Source of the DNA: Macrostomum lignano
Lineage: Eukaryota
Direction: 5' to 3'
Length of the DNA: 64,000 bases
NCBI GenBank assembly: GCA_002269645.1
Contig: NIVC01002553.1
Span: 1-64,000, forward strand
Each line of letters starts with the position of its first letter. Position 1 is the first letter of the stretch. The notes under the pieces are model-generated. The model saw only the letters and a program-made list of their open reading frames with translations, was not told the origin of the DNA and did no database searches. The translations under genes were made by a program, and so were the position numbers. Shown one piece after another: positions 51,334-62,500 of the stretch.

Positions 51334-52515
51334 AGGAGATAGATGAGATGGGAGAGAGAGGGAAGAGGAGAAAGTAGAGATGAGAGAGAAGAGAGTAGAG
51401 ATTAGAGAGTGGAGAGAGAGAGGAGAGAGGAGAAAGTAGAGATGAGAGAGAAGAGATTAGAGATTAGAGAGTGGAGAGAGAGGAGAGAAGAGATTGGAAG
51501 AGAGGAGTCATAAGAGGGGAAAGAAAATAGTACAGAGGAGAGATTTGAGAACATATAAGAGTAAAGATAACAGAATAGAGAGTAGAGATGATCGAGAGAG
51601 CAGATACGAGAGTGAACAGACGACAGATGGTAGAATAGAGAACAGCGGAGATAGAAGTGATAAGAGAGAATCTATTACAGACACGAAAGCAGAGAGGAGA
51701 GACAAAGGGAGAGAGAGAAGTGGAGTGAGGAAAGAGGAGAAAAGATGGGAGAGAATCGAGAGCAAAAGGGAGAGAGGGGAAAGGGAGAGACAGGGGAGAG
51801 GAGAGGAAAGAGAAGAACGGAGAGGGGAGAGAATATAGTAAGGAGATGAGAGATGGGAGAGCAGAGAACAGAGAGATGAGTGGAGAGATAAGAGCGAGGG
51901 AGAGAGAGATGGAGAGGAGAGGTGAGAGTAGTGGAGGAAGTTGAGAGAGGAGAGATGATAAAAGGAGACTACAGATCAGATAATGAGAGAGAGTATGAGG
52001 CAGGAAAGATATATTACAGAGGATTGAGACGAGAGAGGAGAGAGTAAAGAGATGATAGAAGAGATGAGAGACGAGAGCAGATCGGGGGAGAGTAGAGAGA
52101 AGAGATCGGAGAGAGGAGAGAAGTGGGAAGTGTCAAGAAAGAGGGGAGAGTGAGGAGTGAGAATTTATACAGAGGGGAGAGAGAATAGAGAGTAGAGAGC
52201 AGAGATAAATAAGAAGAGATAAGAGAGCAGAAAATAAGAAGAGAAAGGAGAGATGATAAAGCAATGAGAGAGAAGAGAGTAGAAAAACCAAAGAAAGATA
52301 AGGAGAGACAAGAAAAGATCGGGGAGAGGAAGAAATAAAGGAGAGAGGAAAAAAGAGATGAGATGAGATGGGAGGGAAAGGATGAGAGACGATAGAGAAG
52401 AGAGGAAACAGTAGAGAATTGACTGAAGTTTCAAAGGAATCTAGGGACGTAGGGAGGCGCAGGGACAGAGGCCGGAGTTTGCCAATACTTGTTTTAAGAC
52501 AGACATTGCCTGACA
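51145..52515 (+). repeat. GA-rich element with conserved flanks, copy B, nested in the MULE
   Basis: gtggagctggagatacacaaattcctctcagggctgcaaatt ... ~1.3-kb purine tract ... aggccggagtttgccaatac...agacagacattgcctg. Confidence 0.65.
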
Positions 52516-52694
52516 TTCTTGGGCAACACCACAAGCCAACATGTGATTAATGCTTGCCTCAAATTCTAATTTTATACGAACTTATACTCCACTTTTATTT
52601 TTAACTCTATCCTATAATTATTAACAAGTTCTGTGTTTGAGTATAACTTCATATTCTGGAACACAAGCAAAAGTAGTTCCGGCTGGGATTGGAA

Positions 52695-53462
52695 TTCATA
52701 TACAATGCATTATAAATACGAGCACCTTTAAAACCCTTGCCATTCCGCTTTGCGTGGTCTGATGGACTTGAAGTTTCACAAAGATGTTTGTTTTGTGTGT
52801 AATAATTTTTCTGTAAATTTTCATGCAAATCCGAGCTGTACAAGTGTTGCAAATGGGCATACATGTTATACACTGTGCGCATATACAATGCATTATAAAT
52901 ACGAGCACCTTTAAAACCCTTGCCATTCCGCTTTGCGTGGTCTGATGGACTTGAAGTTTCACATAGGTGTTTGTTTTGTGTGTAATAATTTTTCTGTAAA
53001 TTTTCATGCAAATCCGAGCTGTACAAGTGTTGCAAATGGGCATACATGTTATACACTGTGCGCATATACAATGCATTATAAATACGAGCACCTTTAAAAC
53101 TCTTGCCATTCCGCTTTGCGTGGTCTGATGGACTTGAAGTTTCACAGAGGTGTTTGTTTTGTGTGTAATAATTTTTCTGTAAATTTTCATGCAAATCCGA
53201 GCTGTACAAGTGTTGCAAATGGGCATACATGTTATACACTGTGCGCATATACAATGCATTATAAATACGAGCACCTTTAAAACTCTTGCCATTCCGCTTT
53301 GCGTGGTCTGATGGACTTGAAGTTTCACAGAGGTGTTTGTTTTGTGTGTAATAATTTTTCTGTAAATTTTCATGCAAATCCGAGCTGTACAAGTAGGTTT
53401 ATTTTGTTGCATTTGTTAGAAATTGAATATCAATACGAATATCTATGGGGAAACAGATACGT
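52695..53462 (-). repeat. Right TIR: 70-bp unique tip plus ~3.8 tandem 183-bp units
   Basis: Reverse complement of the left arm, with fewer units. Confidence 0.95.
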
Positions 53463-53550
53463 CAAACGCATTGTGTAGTTTTTTTTGTGTTTTAGTATAT
53501 TTTTTTAATTGTTGCTCAAGACATATCTTATTTTTAGTGAAATTTTTGGA

Positions 53551-56500
53551 ATGTCTTGGATTTTTGGTGGTGGATCTAAACCGCCACAGGGGAGCAACAA
53601 TGCACCTCAACAACAAAATGCACAGAACCAAGGCCAAGGCCAAGGAGCAAAGTCGTCCAAAACAACAATACCAACTGATAGTGGTTACAGTTTTGATTCT
53701 GAGGCTTTGGAAAGAGCGGCTAAGGCAGCTAAAGAATTGGAACACTCTAGTAAGTTTTTAGCTTTTGATTTGTTTGACAATGTAATGTAACTTTGTAAAA
53801 GACACTAGGCCTATTGCCATTGGTCCTTAGGGTGTCTAGCTCTAGCTTACTAAACTCTACTAAACTCTTGAATTTTATATGCATTCTAATTTCTATACTT
53901 AGAGGCAAGCTATCTATTTTCCATTTATTCTTATAATTTTGTTAGTTGTGGCTTCAAAAAGTTTTTATTTGTATATTGTTATTGTCCTAAATTAATTTTA
54001 TCTTATATAATTTAGGCCCTATGCTTTTCATTAGATGTTATAATTGAACTTATGGAAGTGCTTATCCCAATGATCCCGTGCCAATAATTCCAATTTTATC
54101 CACATGGAACTGTGTCAATAATTTTCAGCTTATCCCTATAGCTAAGATTGTGCAGTTGTTTGTGTTTAGTTTTGTGTATTGATGTTAAATGAATATTGTC
54201 ATTATTATTAGCAATATTATCATTATTACTATATAAAGTTATTTTGCAAGTTGAATTTTGCAAGTCTCATTTGCCTCGATCTTTAGGTCGTTCAGGGGTG
54301 GACTGAGGGGGGAGGGCAAGGGAGCCATGGGATGGCCCCTCCTCAGCTCTGCCACAAAATCCTCAGATGTATTGGTATCATGCTGTATTGGTATCATGGT
54401 ACCCTAATTGCAGCTTTGGCCTAACTAGACATGAGGCTTGCCCCTCAATAAAATCCTGGGTCCATCCCTAAGGTCATTTAGTCGTTCTAAGTAAAATTGG
54501 TAGCTAAGCAAATATAAAATTAACCCTTTTAATGATGAAAAGTTTTAACAAAGTACTCAATACTATTCAGTATTCAATACATGTAGTTTACTTAAAAGAT
54601 TTGTAAAATAGTGAAAACAAAAAGACAATTTTTGAACAGATTCATTTTAAGGTTCTTTATTCTAATAAGCTATTGTAGGGATAAGCTAGAAATTATCAAC
54701 ATAGATCTGTGTGGATAAGATTGGAATTATTGGCATGGGGCCATAGATCTTGGGATTTTCAGACTGGGATTAGGATCTTATGTTACATCTGCATTTTATT
54801 TATTCAGTAGGCTTTTAATCTAATTTTTAGTATTGCTAACCTTGATCTTCACTATTAGATTTATTTAATGGAATATTTATAGGCACAACAGCCATGTCAA
54901 TAAATATAGAGCTTATAGGCATGGCGACCATGTCTATAATATTTGAGCTTATAGGTATGCTATAATCATTGATATACAACTCTGGATCTAGATTGTGTAA
55001 TAGTATAGGCTGGAACAAGAATCCTATCTCAGCTAAATATATGCCAATATATGCTAAAACAAAAAAATCCCTAAAATGTAAGCCAAAAATTTCTCTTGAA
55101 AAGGTCATTTGGTTTTCACAAATGGAAGTTTCCTAAGAAAGGCTTTTGTACAAAAAGTCTTTAAAATATTACAAATATTTTCATTTTAAACAAATTTAAA
55201 TTAAACCTATAGAAATGGTAATGCAAAATTTATGTTTTAGCAATCATTTATACAATTCCATACTCTCTTGGCTGTGGCTAGTGTCAGTGTCGGTTCTGTC
55301 TTTAGTTTTTTATTTTCAATCTTTACAAAGCAAAAAGTTTATTACTGACTTTCTAGACCATACAAATTTTCCTTTATTTTATGTAAAAACATTAATTTAC
55401 CTTATAATTTTCATGCATGACATAAATTTATTCACCAAAATTAGTACCACAAAAAATTGGCATGAAATTGTGCGCCAAAATTTGTTTACAAATTTTTAAA
55501 AGGGTCATTTGTATACTGGAATTTTCCGGCGTAATTTAACCTTCCAGAGTCTGGTATACAACTTGTGTTCTATAGGGCTCTCTCATAAGTAAATGATGGC
55601 TTAGAGGATATATCAATTGCCTTATGGTTGTATATAACAAGATTCAAATCTTAGATGGTTGCAGTTTTTTTAATTTGAATTTTTTTAATGAATAGAATTT
55701 TTTGCATCTTGAACTTTTTAAGTTTTTTAATTAAAATACTAAATAATAAATTAAATTACATTTTATTTTTTATTAGAGTAATAATAAATCTTAAAGTGTG
55801 GCCATAATTATATATATAGCAACTAAAAAAAAATAATTTTTTCAATATGTATTGGCCACACTTTGTTATGAGTTAAACATTATATAGCCTTACTAAAGCT
55901 AGGGGTATAGGGGTGGCAAGCCCCCTCCCCTCCACTAGCCTTACTAAAGCCAATGATATTTGTAGTGACATTCTCTACCTAAGAAGGCAACAACTAAACT
56001 AAATATAGTCCAATAAGCTTCTTAGTTATTAATATTTAGGCTAAATACATAAACAATAAAAACACAATACCCATCATCCCACCTTGAAGACAACAAAAAG
56101 GGGTTTATCCTCAATTCGCTGAATCCCAATTTGCCGATTCTTAGCTTGCCGAACCCCAATTTGCCGATACCTGGTTTGCCAAAATTCCCAAGTTGCCAAT
56201 TCCCAATTTGCCAAAATTCTTGATTTGCCAAAATTATTTATTTGCCAAAATTCCTCATTTGCTGAATCCCAACTTGCCAATTTCCTGATTTGCCAAATTT
56301 CCAAATTTTGCCAAATTTGCCAATTCCTGGTTTGCCAGAATTCCTGATTTGCTGAAATTCCTGATTTGCCAAATTCACTATTCTTAACTATTAGTAGAGA
56401 TAGTATTAGTATTAGTAAGTCACTTTAGAAATAGTAGAGTAAATGATAACAAGCAAAAATATACAAAAAGTTTGAACAAAGAATGGCCTATCTATTATCT

Positions 56501-59500
56501 AGCACAGGCCATAGGCATTACCAAAGATTTGACATAATATAAATTGGCTAAATAGTGAATTCAGGCAAATCAGGAAATTGGCAAGTCAGGATTTGGCAAA
56601 TGAGGAATTTTGGCAAATGAGGAATTTTGGCAAATTAGGAATTTTGGCAAATTAGGAATTTTGGCAAATTAGGAATTTTGGCAAATTAGGAATTGGTGAC
56701 TTGGGAATTTCAGTGAACCAGGAATTGGCTAATTGGGGGTTAACCAAAATAGGCTAGTAGGGGGGCTAGCCACATCCTACATCCCTGGCTTTAGTAAGGC
56801 TAGTGGGGGGGACTTGCTGTCCCAATACCCCTGGCTTTGTAAGGCTATATAATGTTTAACTTATGGCAAAGTGTGGCTGATATGTATTAAAAATTCAAGT
56901 AACAAATAAAAAAATGTTTAAAAATTCTTGTTTAAAAATTCTTGTTTAAAATGTTTAAAAATGTTTTAAACATGGCAGCTATGCCTATAAGCTCCAATAT
57001 CATATATGCCCAACACCTGTCCAACCCATCCAAACTGGACAGATGAAATGGCTGCCAGCCAAGGTAAGTCTCAAAATTGAAAAAGCAAAGAATGAAAATT
57101 TGGGATAGAAAGAAAGAAAAAAAGAGAAAGGGAAAGAAAAGAAGGAGAAGAGAAAGAAGAAAAGAGAAAAAGACAAGAAAAGTCATATACAAAGTAAAAA
57201 TTAAGTTGCAAACAGGGGAACTAAGTCACAATCGGGAGGAACTAAGTTGCAATTGCACATAGGTAAGTTGCAAATTTGGACAAAACTAAGTTGCACTGGA
57301 TGGGTGAAATTTTGAGGTTGGGCATATATATCCAATATTATAGACACAGCCACCTACCATGTTTCTAAGTATAAATCCATTCAATATTAACAACACAGCC
57401 ACCCACCATGTCTCTAAGTGTGAACCCATTCAATATTAATGACACAGCCGCTGTGCAAGCTTCATTGACACAATGGCCATCTATAAGTTTCTGCATTATA
57501 GACACAGCCACCGTGTCTCTAAGTGTGGTATTTATTTTAACATTTTGATAATCATTAATATTTAAGCCTACATGAACAAACATTAGAAAAACTTGGCTAT
57601 ATTATTATAAAATCTTTTGTTAAAAAATTGCTGGAATTTGAATTCTTTTTGTTTTTCAAGTCTAAAAATATGATTCAAGTGAATGAATTAATAGTTAAGT
57701 ATATACTAGCAGCTAAATTATTTATTATAGTTAATCCCTATTGATATAAGTGGACAAAAAGTGTCCAACTGTCCATCGCAATTTTGGAATTTTGTGGTGT
57801 TGCATTGTGGCTTAAGTCAACGCAGGTAGTGTTGCAGGGCAATGTGGTTTTAGATAAATGGCAAGAGTAACTTTGACTGTCTTATTAAGGCTAAATTAAG
57901 GTGAAAGTAGGCGAAATTTGTGTTTTAGCAGTTGTGAAGTTTAGCTAATGTGAAGTTTAGCGCTTGTGAAAGTAGGTGACAAATTCGTAGCTAATGTGAA
58001 GTTTAGCGCTTGTGAAGTTTAGCACTTGTGAAATTTAGCGTTTGTGAAAGTAGCTGGCGAATTTGTAGCTATTATGAAGTTTAGCGCTTGTGAAAGTAAG
58101 TGAGTTAGCGGTTATGAAGTTTAGCGCTTGTGAAGTTTAGCGCTTGTGAAGCCTCCCCCTTTAAATATTGTATATTTGCATTTTTGGATATTAATCTACA
58201 TTACATAAAACCTTCAACCAATTATAGAATATGCTAAGGAAGCATTTGAGCTTACCAAACAGCAGGAGGTTACTAATCAGCTCTCCAATCAGGCCAACAT
58301 CAAGGTAAGACTTTGTTGCATAAATAATCATGTAGCTCTGACCAAATGCTTGCTGCAAGTGTTGTTAAATACTTAAATGCTACCCTCACTACTACCATCA
58401 CTATCGCAGCAATATGAGCTACAAATCGAACAGATGAAAGGCGAACAAATTCGAGTTCAAGAAGATGAGAGAAGGAAAACTCTTCTAGAAGAGGCTCGAA
58501 TGAAGAAGGCCCGCGAAGAATACCAGGACCAGTTGGCCAGGCAGCGCCACCAGGATCAGCTGGCTACGAAGGCTCGAGCCGAAGAAGACAGCCTCCGTCG
58601 TCAGGAAGAGTCCATCCAGCGGCAGGAGGCACTGCGCCGGCAAACAGTCGAGTATGAGCAGGACCTGCGCTACAAGAACGATATGAAACTGTTGGAGGCC
58701 AGGCTGCGCGGCGAGGCGCAGGTTGAGCGCGAGAATCGCGACGTCCGATTGGAACAGGTTAGCTAAGCTTGCTTTGTGGGTTCGCAATTCTTTTATTAGA
58801 GACAGGGAGCTGTGTGCACCCTGGCGCACTTTAAGCGACATTGTCACACAACCGGCGAGAGGTATTACTGCCAATTCCGTACGCAGTCATACGCACAGGC
58901 ACACTGTGCCTTGGGGGGTTGGTCACCAAGACCGCTAATTGCACGAGCAGAGCCAAGCCGAGATTCCAATTTAGCCCCAAATTAATGTGACTGCACTTGG
59001 AATCGAGCCTGGGCCGCTGGCACATCAGAGCGCCGCGCTAGACCACTATAGGCTCCTTTGGCTTTTGGAAGCTTTTAGAAAAGTTAAGCAAAGTTGGTTC
59101 CGGTTAGTACCCAACTGAATGGGCTATTGGCATTACCTTTCAAAAGCAGTCTTAAAATTGAAATGAAGTTGAGCTCCAGTTCAGAGTAACAGCCTTAAGC
59201 TGTGCCTGTGGTAGAATTAATTCAGGGTGGAATCGAACCCGGCTATTTTGACGCGTTTACCGCTGAGCTGCTCTGCCCCCCCCCCCCGAGCGCATTTTAG
59301 CGCTGCTGTAGAAATACTCCTCGTGCATCAGCAAGGGCATAAAACAGGGGTGGGCTAACTCCGGCCCGCAAAGCCTCTCTATCCGGCCCTCGGGTCCTTG
59401 GACACTTTAGAATGGCAATCCGGCCCGGCCCGCTCAAGGTTTGTCTCTTCTCAGTTATCTCTCGTGCTCTCCTCTCATCTCCTCTCCCTCTCCTCTCTTC

Positions 59501-62500
59501 TCTCCTCTCAGCTCCTCTACTCTACTCTCTCATCTCCTCTCATCTCCTCTTATCTCCTTTCGTTTCACTCACCTTAGATTAGAAAGACAGGGCCGTGAGG
59601 AATGGGCTGAATCGCCTCAGCGCCGGTTGTGGGACGATGTCGCCGAAGGTGCCCACTGCCTTTCTGCGATTATTATTGCTAATATTATTATAATATTTCT
59701 ATTATCCCACAATAACCATTCCCAGGTCAAGGCCAAAGCCGTAGAAGATCGGGCCACCTGGCAGGAGTCGCTGCGCACAAGCGGCGACCTGGTTGCTAAG
59801 GCCTACCACGCCCTATTTGCTGATTGGACTCGAACTGTACGAACGGTAGCCCAGGTGGGCCTGCTAGCCGGCAGCATCTACGGCGTCAAATACGGCCTCG
59901 GGGTTGGATTTCGCGCGGCCGAAGCTCGAATTGGCAAGCCGTCGCTGGTGCGCCAGACCTCCAGGTTGAACGCCGTAGACTTGGTGAAATCTCCCGTGCT
60001 AACTGCGCGCCGGTTTGTTTCTAAACCGTCCGACGCTCTGAAGGGCATTATACTCAAGCCCGAGCTGGAGGCCAGACTGCGCGAGGTTGCCATAGCAACT
60101 AGGCACACTAAGAAGAATAACGGATATTATAGGAATCTGTTGATGTGCGGACCGCCTGGCACCGGAAAGACTATGTTTGTTAAGGTGAGATTTATACCAT
60201 TATTAATATACTATTATTAATTGCTTCTTCTAGGAGCAGAAACTGTACCAATTGCCTTAGAAAACTACTAGTGATAGTCTACTGGGCACGCCCGTTGAAA
60301 AGAAGTTGCAATATATTTGATTAATCTATTTGGCAGAGCTTGGCGCTGCACTCTGGCATGGACTATGCTATCATGACTGGAGGCGATGTGGCTCCCATGG
60401 GCAAGGAGGGCGTCACCGCTGTGCACAAAGTGTTCGACTGGGCTAGCACTAGCCGGAGAGGGTGAGCTGAGTCTACTACTACTGTCAGTAGCTTGTGGCA
60501 TGTCTTGCAGTTTTATTGTCCATTATATAAGATTCAGCTTATAGTCAAAGGTGTATAGAATCGCTGAAACAAGTAGGATAAAATCCCTGCCACAAGTAGA
60601 ATAGAATGGCTGACACAAGTAGGATAGAATGGCTGACACAAGTAGGATAGAATCCCTGCCACAAGTAGAATAGAATGGCTGACACAAGTAGGATAGAATG
60701 GCTGCCACATGTATGATAGAATGACTGACACAAGTAGGATAGAATCCCTGCCACAAGTAGGATAGGATCGCTGACACAAGTAGGATAGAATGACTGACAC
60801 AAGTAGGATAGAATCGCTGACACAAGTAGGATAGAATCGCTGACACAAGTAGGATAGAATCCCTGCCACAAGTAGGATAGACTGACTGACACAAGTAGGA
60901 TAGAATGACTGACACAAGTAGGATAGAATGACTGACACAAGTAGGATAGAATGACTGACACAAGTAGGATAGAATGACTGACACAAGTAGGATAAAATGA
61001 CTGACACAAGTAGGATAAAATGACTGACACAAGTAGGATAGACTGACTGACACAAGTAGGATAGAATGACTGCCACAAGTAGGATAGAATGGCTGACACA
61101 AGTAGGATAGAATGGCTGCCACAAGTATGATAGAATGGCTGACACAAGTAGGATAGAATCGCTGACACAAGTAGGATAGAATCGCTGACACAAGTAGGAT
61201 AGGATCGCTGACACAAGTAGGATAGAATGACTGACACAAGTAGGATAGAATCGCTGACACAAGTAGGATAGAATCGCTGACACAAGTAGGATAGAATCCC
61301 TGCCACAAGTAGGATAGAATGACTGACACAAGTAGGATAGACTGACTGACACAAGTAGGATAGAATGACTGACACAAGTAGGATAGAATGACTGACACAA
61401 GTAGGATAGAATGAGTGACACAAGTAAGATAGAATCGCTGACACAAGTAAGATAGAATCGCTGACACAAATAAGATAGAATCGCCAATTAGATAGAATAT
61501 AGAATATAATAGACTACAGAACAATTTAGATTTTAGCCTGCGGCCTCTCACTCCCGTCTTTCAAGCGTTCTTCTATTCGTTGACGAGGCCGACGCATTCC
61601 TGCGCAAGCGCAGTCAGGAGCGCATCAGCGAAGACATGCGCGCAACGCTGAACGCTTTTCTCTATCGGACTGGCGAACAGTCGCAGAAGTTCATGCTAGT
61701 GTTGGCGTCCAATCAGCCTGAGCAGCTGGACTGGGCCATCAATGACCGGGTGGACGAGATTGTGGAATTCGACCTGCCTGATCTAGCCGAGCGAGAGAGG
61801 CTGGTTGCTCATTATTATGAAAAGTACGTTTGACTCGGGCCTGATCTCTGGGGCACGGATTGTGACAGGAGATTGTTTAGTGTGGTTCTCCTTCGCCTAA
61901 AAACTGAGGATCGGGTTTGATATTTCAACTGAAAAATGAGGTTCCACCTAAATATTGGACATGGGACCGAATTCATTTTCGTAGGCCTTGGGGATGGGAC
62001 TGAGAGCCCCACCTAAATATCGGGGTGGGACTGAGAGCCCCACCTAAATATCGGAATGGGACTGGGAGTCCACCTAAATATCGGGAGTGGGACTCGGAGT
62101 CCACCTAAATATCGGGATGGGACTGGGAGTCCACCTAAATATCGAGATGGGACTCGGAGTCCACCTAAATATCGGGGGGAGACTGAGAGCCCACCTAAAT
62201 ATCGAGATGGGACTCGGAGTCCACCTAAATATCGGGGGAGACTGAGAGCCCACCTAAATATCGGGAGTGGGACTCGGGAGTCCACCTAAATATCGGGATG
62301 GGACTAGGAGCCCACCTAAATATATGGGACTGGAATCTACCTAAATATGAGGATAGAACTGGGAGTCCACCTAAATTTGAGGATGGGACTGGAATCCACC
62401 TAAATATTAGGATGGGACTGGGAGTCCACCTAAATATGGGTGGTGGGACTGGAATCCACCTAAATATGAGTGGTGGGACTGGAATCCACCTAAATATGAG

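Larger units (their letters stand above)
44051..53462 (-). mobile_element. Foldback-type Mutator (MULE; Rehavkus/FB-NOF-like) DNA transposon, 9412 bp
   Basis: Perfect 9-bp direct repeat CAAACGCAT at 44042-44050 and 53463-53471. Termini ACGTATCTGTTTCCCC.../...GGGGAAACAGATACGT. Long TIRs and an internal DDE transposase gene. Confidence 0.93.

Noticed and set aside
59223-59283. Possible tRNA gene
   Set aside because: It has A/B boxes but no anticodon arm or acceptor-stem pairing, so it is treated as a SINE head. The same applies to 42278-42339 and 58999-59052.
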